DNA from: an uncultured delta proteobacterium
GTDB taxonomy: Bacteria; Myxococcota_A; Polyangia; Polyangiales; B10-G4
DNA: 64,000 nucleotides
Direction of reading: 5' to 3'
Assembly: GCA_963727445.1 (NCBI GenBank)
Contig: CAVSGI010000002.1
Coordinates: 1 to 64,000 of the forward strand
This document shows positions 53,365 to 62,268 of the stretch, in pieces. Positions within the stretch are counted from its first letter, which is position 1; the number at the start of each line of letters is the position of its first letter. The notes under the pieces were generated by a model, which saw only the letters and a program-made list of their open reading frames with translations, made no database searches and was not told where the DNA came from. The translations under genes were made by a program, and so were the position numbers.

Positions 53365-55806
53365 GTGCGTTTCCTGGACCGAATCGCCACTTTCATCGTG
53401 CACCACCGCGCGCTGGTGCAGCTCGGCATCGCCCTTCTTTGCATCGGGGGCGTGTTCGCGATGAGAGACTTGCGCTTCGAGCTCACACCCGAGGCACTGG
53501 TCGCGGGCGTGGTCGAAGAGGACCCGCGGGCGGCCGAGCTCGGCGAAGCCTTCGGGCGCTACGACCGCCGCCTGATGGTGGTGATCACCGCGAACGACGT
53601 CCTCACGCCCGAGGTCCTCTCCTACGAGCACGACCTCGCCCACTGGCTCGAGAGTCGTCGCTGGGTCCGTGAGGTCGACTCGATCACCGTCACCGCCATC
53701 CCCCACCCCGACGACTCCACGGCCGGCGCGACCCTCGAAGATCTCGAAGCGCATCCGGAAGCGCTCGACGTTCCGCTCCCCACCGGCCCCATCCCCGACG
53801 CCCTGGCCGCCGTGGCGCGCACCGCCCCCGGGCGTTTCCCGCGGGGGCTCCGTTCCATCCTCGAACAGCGGGGTGACTCTCTGGTGGTGTCCCCCCTGGT
53901 CACCGGCGCGGTGGAGCCCGCGGACGTGGAGCGGATCCAGAGGATGGTCGAGCGGGGTCGGCTCTTCACCCGCTCTCTCGTCTCGGAGGATCACCATGCG
54001 CTGGCCATCTCCGTCACGCTGTCCGTCGACAGCGACGCCGCCGCTGAGCACGCCGCGCGCTCCCTGGCAGCGCACCTCGACAGTGCGCCACCGCCGCCGG
54101 GCATCACGGCCGAGATGGCCGGGCTGCCCTACGTCCGCGCACGGCTGGTGGATGCGCTCTCCGCAGACTGGGTGCTCCTGATCACGCTGGCGTCTCTGGG
54201 GTCGATCGCGATGCTGGCCATGGGCTTCCGCTCGGTCGCGGGTGTGGTGCTGCCCATGGCTGCGGTGGGGATCACCCTGGCGATGGTCGTCGGAGCGATG
54301 GCGCTCCTCGACATCCCCATCGATCTGCTGACGAACATCGTGCCGCCGCTCTTGATCACCATCGGCCTCGGCGACGGGGTCCATCTGATCGCGCGGTACC
54401 GAGACGAGCGACAGGAAGGGGAGCCGCCGCTGCCCGCCGCCAGACGGACGCTCTCCACCATGGCGGTCGCCTGTTTCATGACCTCGGCCACCACCGCTGT
54501 CGGCTTCGGCTCGTTGGCGATCAGCGACAACGAGATGCTGCGCCGCTTCGGGCTGCTCGCGGCGGGCGCGGTCATGCTCGCCTACCTGGTCACGGTCGTC
54601 TTCCTGCCCGCGGCCCTCCCCGCCTTTCCCGGCGAGCGGCAGCTGCGACAATCGCAGCTCAAGTACCGCGTCCTCGACACCACCGTGGAGTCCCTCCTCA
54701 GGGCGACCCTCAAACGACCGCGGGCCGTAGTGGTGGTCTCCGGCGCGCTCCTGGTCGTCTGCCTCGTGGCCGCCGCCGACGTTCACGTCGATGGTGCGCT
54801 CCTCGATCAATTCGAAGGCTCTTCCGACGTGATCCGCACGACCCGCATCGTCGAGCGCCACCTCGGCGGGGTGCGCAGCCTCTCCGTCGGCGTCGAGGCG
54901 CGCGAGGGCACGACGCTTCTCACACCGGAATCGATGCAGGCGCTCGATCGGATCGCCCGCCGCCTGTCGGAGGAAGCCGGTGTGCTGCGTGTCGTCGGCC
55001 CCCCCGACGTACTTCGCGAGACGTGGACCACCGCCACCGACGACCCCGCAGCCGCCGACGAATCCCTGAGCGTCCCGGCGCGCATCGAAGCCCTGGCTGT
55101 CCTGAACCGGGCGACCGCGGAGCACGACGCCCCCCTCGACCACTACCTGAGCCGGGACGGGCGGCTCGCGCGCATCGAAGTGCGCCTCGCGGACCTGGGC
55201 GTACGGCACATGTCCCGCATCCTCGACGGCCTCGACCAACACCTCGCCGGCGAAGACGTCTTTCACGCCTTCGTCACCGGCGAAGCACATCGGGCATCGC
55301 GCGGGCTCGACCGCGTCGTCACCGACCTGCGAAACAGCCTGGCCCTGGCGGTGATCATCATCTTCGCGCTGATCGGAATCATGTTCCGCAGCGTGAGATT
55401 CGCGCTCTTGAGCATCCCTCCGAACATCCTGCCGCTGGCGGCGGTGCTGGCGTGGATGAGCCTGCGCGGCATCCACCTGGACGCGGCCACGGTGATCGTC
55501 TTCGGCGTGTGCATCGGGCTGGCCGTCGACGGGACGATCCACGTCCTGTCGCGCTATCGGGAGAAGCTAGGCGCAGGCGTCACCGAGGCCATTCGCGGCG
55601 CGATGCGAGAGAGCGGGCGCGCCATCGTCTTGAGCTCGACCGCGTTGCTCCTGGGCTTCGCGGCGCTTCAGGTGAGCGACTTCATCCCGATCCGCCGCTT
55701 CGGTGAGCTGTCGATGGTGGCGATCCTCTCCGCCCTCGTCGCAGAGCTGACGCTTCTGCCGGCGATGCTGACGCTGTTCAGGGGGCCGCGTGAAAAGAAG
55801 CGATGA
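53365..55806 (+). CDS. MMPL/RND-family transporter
   Basis: Two repeats of one TM, a periplasmic domain and five TMs; IGLGDGVHL..RY, TSATTAVGFGSL, GLAVDGTIH..RY, GRAIVLSS. Confidence 0.88.
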   Translation: MRFLDRIATFIVHHRALVQLGIALLCIGGVFAMRDLRFELTPEALVAGVVEEDPRAAELGEAFGRYDRRLMVVITANDVLTPEVLSYEHDLAHWLESRRWVREVDSITVTAIPHPDDSTAGATLEDLEAHPEALDVPLPTGPIPDALAAVARTAPGRFPRGLRSILEQRGDSLVVSPLVTGAVEPADVERIQRMVERGRLFTRSLVSEDHHALAISVTLSVDSDAAAEHAARSLAAHLDSAPPPPGITAEMAGLPYVRARLVDALSADWVLLITLASLGSIAMLAMGFRSVAGVVLPMAAVGITLAMVVGAMALLDIPIDLLTNIVPPLLITIGLGDGVHLIARYRDERQEGEPPLPAARRTLSTMAVACFMTSATTAVGFGSLAISDNEMLRRFGLLAAGAVMLAYLVTVVFLPAALPAFPGERQLRQSQLKYRVLDTTVESLLRATLKRPRAVVVVSGALLVVCLVAAADVHVDGALLDQFEGSSDVIRTTRIVERHLGGVRSLSVGVEAREGTTLLTPESMQALDRIARRLSEEAGVLRVVGPPDVLRETWTTATDDPAAADESLSVPARIEALAVLNRATAEHDAPLDHYLSRDGRLARIEVRLADLGVRHMSRILDGLDQHLAGEDVFHAFVTGEAHRASRGLDRVVTDLRNSLALAVIIIFALIGIMFRSVRFALLSIPPNILPLAAVLAWMSLRGIHLDAATVIVFGVCIGLAVDGTIHVLSRYREKLGAGVTEAIRGAMRESGRAIVLSSTALLLGFAALQVSDFIPIRRFGELSMVAILSALVAELTLLPAMLTLFRGPREKKR

Positions 55807-56491
55807 GGCCGTCGAAGGCCTCGGCAGCGAGGTCCACCGTCTGCGCGGGACCCACCAGCTTGAAGAAGACCGGCCCCTGGGGACCTTCCACGATGGCGCC
55901 GAGCATCCGATAGCCCGCGCCGCCGCCGCCACCACCCGCGCCCGGCATCTGCATGCCGCCGTAGCCGCCGTGCACGTCGATCTTGGTGACCGGCAGCCCG
56001 TTCACGGTGGTGCGTGAGATCTCGGGGGGCCGCTCCTCGGTGGTCTGCATCTGCCCCACCCAACGATTGACGTTGGCCTGGACCCCACCGCCTCCGCCGG
56101 CGAAGAAGAAGACGGTCATCACCGTGTCCTCGTCCCCACCATCGATGACGTACTCCGCGGCGCGCATCGACGAGGTGGGCTGGCGGTAGTGGAAGGGCGC
56201 GGGCGCTTCCCAGCGGACGCCCGCGACCGCCGCTCGGGCACCATCGACCGGGGCCGCGGCGGTCGGCTCTCCGCCCTGCCCCTCTTGCCCCTCTTGGAAG
56301 TCGTCGAGCGGCGGATGACCGGGCGGGAGCTGATCCGACGGCTCGGGCGCCTCGGCGACCGGCTCGGGCGCCAGCTCCGGCGCGGGCCGGGGGTGCTCAC
56401 GGCGCCGTTCGGCGCCCTCGGGATTCCGCGTGCAGGCCGCGATGAGGAGGACGGCCAACGAGCCGACGCTGATCCGGACGATCCTTCGCAT
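55778..56491 (-). CDS. Hypothetical lipoprotein (LPPGHPP linker, ANVNRW motif)
   Basis: IAA-C lipobox; MRAAEY, GGGVQANVNRWVGQ, FFKLVGP. Confidence 0.75.
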   Translation of the reverse strand: MRRIVRISVGSLAVLLIAACTRNPEGAERRREHPRPAPELAPEPVAEAPEPSDQLPPGHPPLDDFQEGQEGQGGEPTAAAPVDGARAAVAGVRWEAPAPFHYRQPTSSMRAAEYVIDGGDEDTVMTVFFFAGGGGGVQANVNRWVGQMQTTEERPPEISRTTVNGLPVTKIDVHGGYGGMQMPGAGGGGGGAGYRMLGAIVEGPQGPVFFKLVGPAQTVDLAAEAFDGLIASFHAAP

Positions 56492-56530
56492 GGTCGCGGT
56501 ATAACGCCGGCTGAGCCGACAGGAAAGCCC

Positions 56531-56767
56531 ATGCGCCTCGATCCCGAGACCCACGCCCTGATCTTCGACAGCAGAGACGAGCTCGAGGCGTTTCACGCCG
56601 AGCTCTCGGAGCTGCTCCGCGACGTGACCATCCGTACCTCGAGCAGCGCGTCCGACGCAGAGGTCGCCACCGAGCGCGTGAAGCAGCTCCTCGAGCGCTT
56701 CGCGACGATCACCACGGCGCTCAACGCCGTGCGTGCATCGGGCGCGGTGAAGCCGACGCCGGGGTGA
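56531..56767 (+). CDS. Small hypothetical helical protein (78 aa)
   Basis: AGGA RBS before ATG 56531; normal composition; fills the gap between flanking genes. Confidence 0.55.
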   Translation: MRLDPETHALIFDSRDELEAFHAELSELLRDVTIRTSSSASDAEVATERVKQLLERFATITTALNAVRASGAVKPTPG

Positions 56768-56785
56768 AGCGCCCGGCGAAAGGCA

Positions 56786-56977
56786 TCAGACGGAGCAGGT
56801 CATGTCCTGGCCACAGCAGAGCGGGGACTTCACCTTGCCGTCGCCGTCGGGGCACTTCGCGATCGCGACCTTGCTGCCGTCGTCCTTGCTGATCGAGTCG
56901 TGCACCATTTCCTTGCCGCACTTGCCGCAGGTCATGTTCACGCTCATTCCACACTTGTCGCAGGTGTACGTAGCCAT
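56786..56977 (-). CDS. Small Cys-rich metal-binding protein (63 aa)
   Basis: MATYTCDKCG..TCGKCG..KCPDG..SPLCCGQDMTC; TATGCT box 7 nt before the ATG. Confidence 0.8.
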   Translation of the reverse strand: MATYTCDKCGMSVNMTCGKCGKEMVHDSISKDDGSKVAIAKCPDGDGKVKSPLCCGQDMTCSV

Positions 56978-57016
56978 GCGCGGGAGCATACGAGAGAACG
57001 CCCTCGCTTCGAAGCG

Positions 57017-58618
57017 CTATTCGACGTCGATCATGGACGACTGAAGCGCTGGGCTCGCCATGGGGCTGGTGGCCGAAAGGCCGCTGGGGAGCGTGCCATC
57101 GGAGTTGCGGATGAGGATACAGCCCGCGCCGCCGCCGCCGCCGCCACCGTTGGTGCCGGAGCTGGTGCGGCTCGTGCCCGCTTCACCGTCGATGGGATCG
57201 CCACCGCCGTCGCCTCCGGGGGCCCCGTAGTTGGAGCCGTCGAAGCAGCTGTTCCCACGCCTGCCGCCCGGAGGTCGCGTCGCGTCGTCCCGCCCGTCGG
57301 TCCCCCACCCGCCATAACCCCGACCGGCGCACCCGGCGCCGCCGCCACCGCCACCGCCATTGGCCCGCAAGAACCCACTCATTTCGATGGTGACCGTCTC
57401 TGCCTCGAGGAGCACGGCGCCGCCGCTACCGCCGCCGCCGCCCGAGCCGATGTTGCCCGAGTCGTCGCCGCCCCGACCGCCGCCACCGCCCGCATAGATG
57501 GCCCCGCGCACGCGGAGCTGGCCTCGCACCGAGATTTGGAGCGCACCGCCGCCGGCGCCGCCGCCGCCGCCGCCACCTTGTCCGCGACCACCAGCCCAGC
57601 CGCCGCCGAGAGGCACGAGATCCCAGGAAGCGCCGACCGCGCTCCCCCCGGCACCGCCCGCGGCACCACCGCCACTGCCGCCCGTACCGCCATCGCCTCC
57701 GGCGCCACAGAGCCCGCCACCGCCACCGCCGCCGTCGTCATAGGTGTTCGCGTGCGAACCGTTGGTACCGAAGCCCGAGGCCGAAACGGTGGTGGGCGCG
57801 CCAGGTGCGTACCCGCCCGGCCCCGGTGTATTGCGCACCGCCGACACGTCGATGTCGCCGTCGATGTGAACGCGGTCCGAGGCGAGGATCACCAGGGGTC
57901 GCGGGCCCCGCACCGTCAGCGTCCGGCCCGATTGCACTGTCAGACGACGCACGCTCACGATGCAGAGCTCGGGGAAGCCCATGCCCTGAGTCGCCGTCGA
58001 CGGCGTGCCCGGCAGGGAGGTGCACATCCCGGTGTCCCACGTCGTGTCGGCGTCGATGGTGACGTCACCCGACGAGACGAAGAGCGAGCTGCTCACGTTG
58101 CTCGGCGCGAGGGCGAGGCAGTGCGCGCCGCCCACGTCGGAGCACCCGAGGGCGCAGCCGCTGGAAACCCACGTCCCGGCGCTGCAGGTCTCGAGCATCA
58201 TGCCGCTCGCGCAGCGCGTCATACCGTCGGTGCACGCGGGAGCGTCGGGCATCGCATCGATGGCGGCGTCCATCATGGCGTCCATCGTGGCGTCCATCGT
58301 GGCGTCCATGGAGCCGTCGCCCGCCATGGCGTCCATCGCGCCATCCCCCATCGCACCGTCGCCAGCCGACGAGTCCATCGTCGACGAATCGCCCGCGTCG
58401 CCCGTCGTCCCGTCGCTGCCGCCATCGAGGATGCCCGTGTCGCTCGGGGACGAATCCGGGGACACGGCGGTGTCCCCATCCATGGCCGCGTCCGGCATCA
58501 CGGCGTCTGCGCCCGAGTCGGCGGCGCTGGTGTCTCCCCCGGGGCTGATCGACGAGGAATCGAGGGAACAGGCCGCGAGGCCCAAGGCGAAGAGGGGGAG
58601 GAAAAGCCGAAGGGTCAC
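57017..58618 (-). CDS. Lipoprotein with acidic linker, Cys-rich module and large glycine-rich C-terminal domain
   Basis: LAA-CSLD; MDA(T/M) repeats; GGGGGG(A/S)GG blocks alternating with short hydrophobic strands. Confidence 0.8.
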   Translation of the reverse strand: MTLRLFLPLFALGLAACSLDSSSISPGGDTSAADSGADAVMPDAAMDGDTAVSPDSSPSDTGILDGGSDGTTGDAGDSSTMDSSAGDGAMGDGAMDAMAGDGSMDATMDATMDAMMDAAIDAMPDAPACTDGMTRCASGMMLETCSAGTWVSSGCALGCSDVGGAHCLALAPSNVSSSLFVSSGDVTIDADTTWDTGMCTSLPGTPSTATQGMGFPELCIVSVRRLTVQSGRTLTVRGPRPLVILASDRVHIDGDIDVSAVRNTPGPGGYAPGAPTTVSASGFGTNGSHANTYDDGGGGGGGLCGAGGDGGTGGSGGGAAGGAGGSAVGASWDLVPLGGGWAGGRGQGGGGGGGAGGGALQISVRGQLRVRGAIYAGGGGGRGGDDSGNIGSGGGGGSGGAVLLEAETVTIEMSGFLRANGGGGGGGAGCAGRGYGGWGTDGRDDATRPPGGRRGNSCFDGSNYGAPGGDGGGDPIDGEAGTSRTSSGTNGGGGGGGAGCILIRNSDGTLPSGLSATSPMASPALQSSMIDVE

Positions 58619-58636
58619 AGACTCACAGGATAGCGC

Positions 58637-59869
58637 TCAGCGCGTGAAACGGGAAACCGGACGAAAGTCGGCCCTGCCCGTACCCAACTGTCGGTCCAGC
58701 CACCGTTTCCGCGCGGCGCGGGCGCGTCGGTCGGCCACCTCGTCGAGCTGCGGGAAGCGGCGCCGCAGCGTCTCGGCGGTGAAGATGAAGGGCGACTGCG
58801 CGAGCGGGTGCAGGGCGAAGAGCCCTGCCGGCGGCAACCCGAAGCTCTGGTAGAGGGGCGGCGGCAGGAAGAAGCGCGTGTAGCCCAGATGGAGGCGATG
58901 CTCGAGCTCCTGTCGCACCCGGTCGAAGGTCGTCCCCCGGGCGCTCGGCCGGAACGCGTCCACGTAGGACTGGCAGAGGCGGCGGCCATCCTCGCCGGCC
59001 TGCTCGGCGCGCTTGAGGTGCGTGACGAACGCGAGCTGAATCGCTTCGCGCACGCTCTCGGGGTAGACGCGCGGTCGCACGCCCATCACGTGACCGACGT
59101 ATCGCCAGAAATGCATCATGGCGTGGATCTCGTCGACCGTGGGCCGGTAGCCCATGGTCTGCATGGCCAGGCCGGGAGCGACGCTTCCGCCCATGAGTGT
59201 GAGGAGCGCGTCCGCCTGGCTGATGGGCACACCCCACGCGTCGAGATCCCACTCCGGATGCGCGAGCAACCGCTGCCGCACGAAGACGTGCATGATGCGC
59301 ACCCGCAGGGCGGCGGCGCGACCGGGTGCGCCGGGCGCCATCCCGCCCGGCTCGGAGACGTCGATCCAGAAGGACGCCGTCTCGAGGAAGCGGTGGCGCG
59401 TGCTCGCCCCGGCGTAGGCGCCGGTCAACGCCAGCGGCTTGGCGACCGAGCTCTCGGTGTATGCCGCGAGGGTGATGGCACCGGCGAAATGAAAGACGGC
59501 GGTGCCGTAGCGCCGAAAGGCGCGGGCCCCGCGCTCGACGAGCGCGTGATCGACCCAGCCCGGATCCTCTTCGATGTCTGCGAAGAGGCGCCGCAGTGAT
59601 ACGGGCGCGTCGGGAATCGAGGACACACCCTCACAGAGCGCGCGATCGAGCATGCGACGTCCTTCGTCGGCGCCGCGCTTTTCGTAGACCTCCTCGACGA
59701 ACGCCTCCGCGAGCGGATCGGCGTCGTAGTACATTTCGGCGAAGGTCCGGACGAAGTCGTCGGAGGGCGCCGGATCGAACCCGAGGATGGCGCGGGCGAG
59801 CTTGCGCAGGCGCCGGACGCTCGGTGCCTCGATTCGATCCCAGTAACGGAACTCGCTTGGAATTGTCAC
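58637..59869 (-). CDS. MpaB/Lcp (DUF2236) heme-dependent oxygenase family protein
   Basis: DPLAEA, PGWVD..L..RG, RFLET, LRVRIMH..VR, W...WGVPISQAD, HFWRYVGHVMGV; TATCAT box 9 nt before GTG 59869. Confidence 0.85.
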   Translation of the reverse strand: MTIPSEFRYWDRIEAPSVRRLRKLARAILGFDPAPSDDFVRTFAEMYYDADPLAEAFVEEVYEKRGADEGRRMLDRALCEGVSSIPDAPVSLRRLFADIEEDPGWVDHALVERGARAFRRYGTAVFHFAGAITLAAYTESSVAKPLALTGAYAGASTRHRFLETASFWIDVSEPGGMAPGAPGRAAALRVRIMHVFVRQRLLAHPEWDLDAWGVPISQADALLTLMGGSVAPGLAMQTMGYRPTVDEIHAMMHFWRYVGHVMGVRPRVYPESVREAIQLAFVTHLKRAEQAGEDGRRLCQSYVDAFRPSARGTTFDRVRQELEHRLHLGYTRFFLPPPLYQSFGLPPAGLFALHPLAQSPFIFTAETLRRRFPQLDEVADRRARAARKRWLDRQLGTGRADFRPVSRFTR

Positions 59870-59923
59870 CGCGTGCGAATGATAGCGCCTCCGATCGCGG
59901 GTGAGGTGTAGGCTCACCATGCG

Positions 59924-60973
59924 GTGACCCGTTCCGCCCCGGTACAGCGCATCGGCCATCTCCTCGACGATCCCGAGGTGACGGAGATCATGATCAACGG
60001 GCCCGAGCAGGTCTTCGTGGAGAAGCGGGGCCTTCTGCAATCGGTCGAGTCGCCGTTTCGCAACAAAGGCGAGCTCCAGGCGCTGGTCGACGCGCTGGTC
60101 CTGCCATCCGGCCGGTCGGTGACCGCCATGCAGCCCTTCGTCGATCTTCGGATGGCGGACGGCTCGCGGGTCAACATCGTGATCGCGCCCGTCGCCCTCG
60201 ACGGGCCGGTGGTCACCATTCGCCGCGCCACACCGAAGCTGTCGCAGATGGCGGACCTGGTACGCCTCGGCACCATCACCGAGGACCTCGCCTATTTCTG
60301 CTACCTGGCCATCCGAGCGCGGCTGAACATCGTCTTCAGCGGCGCGTCGGGCAGCGGGAAGACCACGCTGCTCGCGCTCATGAGCAGCTACATCCCGGAG
60401 GGCGAGCGGATCGTGGTTATCGAGGACACGGCCGAGCTGACGCTGGCCCAGTCCCACGTGGTGCGCCTCGAATGCCGGCCGCCGAACATCGAAGGCGCCG
60501 GCGCCATCCCCCTCGCACATCTGTTGCGCAACACCTTCCGCATGCGCCCGAACCGCATCATCGTCGGTGAGGTGCGCGGGCCCGAAGCGGTCGAGATGCT
60601 CCAGGCCATGACCAGCGGTCACGACGGCTGCCTGGCGGTGCTGCACGCAGGCACGCCCAGGGACGCCATCGCCCGGCTGGAGATGATGGTGCTCTCGCGC
60701 GGCCTCTCGCTTCCTGTCTGGGCGATTCAGCGACAGATCGGCGAAGCGGTGGACGTCGTGATCCAGCTCGCGCTGATGAACGACGGAAGCCGGCGCGTGA
60801 CCCACGTGACCGAGGTCGGCTTCGATCCAAAGGGCCCCGCCGTCACGCTACGCGACCTCTTCACGTTCGATCACGCAGCGAAGGCGATCGGATCGACTGG
60901 AACGGTCCCCGCCTTCATCGATCGGTTGCGCCGCGCGGATCCCGCCACGACAGCGCGCCTCTATCCGCCTTGA
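59924..60973 (+). CDS. CpaF/TadA-family secretion ATPase
   Basis: LLDDPEVTEIMING, DGSRVN, SGASGSGKTT, IEDTAEL, RMRPNRIIVGEVRG, MTSGHDG. Confidence 0.9.
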   Translation: MTRSAPVQRIGHLLDDPEVTEIMINGPEQVFVEKRGLLQSVESPFRNKGELQALVDALVLPSGRSVTAMQPFVDLRMADGSRVNIVIAPVALDGPVVTIRRATPKLSQMADLVRLGTITEDLAYFCYLAIRARLNIVFSGASGSGKTTLLALMSSYIPEGERIVVIEDTAELTLAQSHVVRLECRPPNIEGAGAIPLAHLLRNTFRMRPNRIIVGEVRGPEAVEMLQAMTSGHDGCLAVLHAGTPRDAIARLEMMVLSRGLSLPVWAIQRQIGEAVDVVIQLALMNDGSRRVTHVTEVGFDPKGPAVTLRDLFTFDHAAKAIGSTGTVPAFIDRLRRADPATTARLYPP

Positions 60974-60979
60974 TGGACC

Positions 60980-61396
60980 TCAGTCGAGGTTGTCGCGGAG
61001 GACGCGCAGCACGTCGACGTAGCTGACGAGGCCGACGAGGTCGCCGTTGTCGCTCTCGATCACCGGCACCGCACCGACCTTCTCGTCCACCATCAGGTCG
61101 ATGATCTCCTTGACGTCGGCGCCGCGATCCACGGTGAGGACGCCGCCCGTCATGAGCTCCGAGACCGGGCTCGACAGTCGCGCGCTGAGCTTGTCCATCC
61201 GCTCCAGGTCGGCGACGGTGTCGATACCCAGGCTACGAAAGTCGCGGTCGCTGAGCATGCCCGTCACCTCGCCTTCGTCCACCACCGGCAGGTGCCGAAT
61301 GGTGAGATCGGAGAGCAGCTTCAGCGCCTCGCCGATGCTGGTGGTGCTCTTCACGGTGACGACGTCGGTGGTCATGATCTCGTCTGCGTTCATCAT
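60980..61396 (-). CDS. CBS domain protein (one Bateman module)
   Basis: EIMTTDVVTV, IRHLPVVD, ELMT..VLTV, GAVPVI; GGAG RBS. Confidence 0.9.
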   Translation of the reverse strand: MMNADEIMTTDVVTVKSTTSIGEALKLLSDLTIRHLPVVDEGEVTGMLSDRDFRSLGIDTVADLERMDKLSARLSSPVSELMTGGVLTVDRGADVKEIIDLMVDEKVGAVPVIESDNGDLVGLVSYVDVLRVLRDNLD

Positions 61397-61479
61397 TATC
61401 TCCGGATGAGGAGGATGTAGCCACATGGCCCCTCCCGTCCATAGTGGACAGGACGAGCGATGTGACTAAGTACGGGGTG

Positions 61480-62268
61480 ATGCTACGCACCCCCGTATCG
61501 GTTTTCATGACCCGCGAGCCCGCCACCATCCGGTCGGGCACCACCCTGGAAAAGGCGGCGGACGAGCTCGACCGACGGCGCGTCTCGGCGATGCCCGTTG
61601 TCGACGAAGGAGCGCGCGCCATCGGCGTCATCAGCCGGCGAGACCTGCTCGAGGCCGGCAAGCTCGTCCGACCCCAGGGGCGCGGGGTGGCTGAATGGAA
61701 GCTGCCCGACCAGACGGTCGACGCGATCATGAGCAAGGAGCTCCTCACCGTCCCTCCGAGCACGGCCATCGGCGAGGCGGCATCGATCATGCTCGATCGC
61801 CACGTCCATCGGGTCTTCGTGGAGGTGGACCGCTCCCTCAGGGGCGTGCTCACCACCCGTGACGTGATGCAGGCGATCGTCGACCACAAGCTCGACCCTC
61901 CCGTGGAGCGATACATGCACGTGGGTGTGCACTCGATCGCGCACATCGGGCCGCTGGGCTTCGCGCGAAAGCAGCTCGCCGATCTCGACATCCGCGGCCT
62001 GATCGTCGCCTGGGAAGGCCGACCGGTGGGCATCTTCGCCGAAGAGGAGGCCCTCGCCTCCCGCGACCTCGATCCGGACACGCCCGTAGAGGTCGTCATG
62101 GGGCGCGAGGTGGTGATCGAGACGCCCAAAGTCCCGCTCCACCTCGCGGCCGGGCGCATGGCGAGCATGCACGCACGGCGCGTCGTCGTCGTCGACGACC
62201 TGGGCGAGTTGGTCGGCGTCCTCACGGGCTTCGACATGGCCGGCGCCGCCGCCCTCGACGGGCAGTGA
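61480..62268 (+). CDS. CBS domain protein (four CBS repeats)
   Basis: FMTREPATI, SAMPVVD, IMSKELLTV, VHRVFV, RRVVVVDD..LVGVLT. Confidence 0.85.
   Translation: MLRTPVSVFMTREPATIRSGTTLEKAADELDRRRVSAMPVVDEGARAIGVISRRDLLEAGKLVRPQGRGVAEWKLPDQTVDAIMSKELLTVPPSTAIGEAASIMLDRHVHRVFVEVDRSLRGVLTTRDVMQAIVDHKLDPPVERYMHVGVHSIAHIGPLGFARKQLADLDIRGLIVAWEGRPVGIFAEEEALASRDLDPDTPVEVVMGREVVIETPKVPLHLAAGRMASMHARRVVVVDDLGELVGVLTGFDMAGAAALDGQ

Noticed and set aside
52150..55542. 1130-aa and 722-aa (58637..60805) minus-strand ORFs as large fusion proteins
   Set aside because: Their 5' parts are antisense to the MMPL and CpaF genes; the real genes start at 53316 and 59869.
57017..58618. Mycobacterial PE_PGRS gene
   Set aside because: No PE domain; it has a lipoprotein signal, so the similarity is compositional only.
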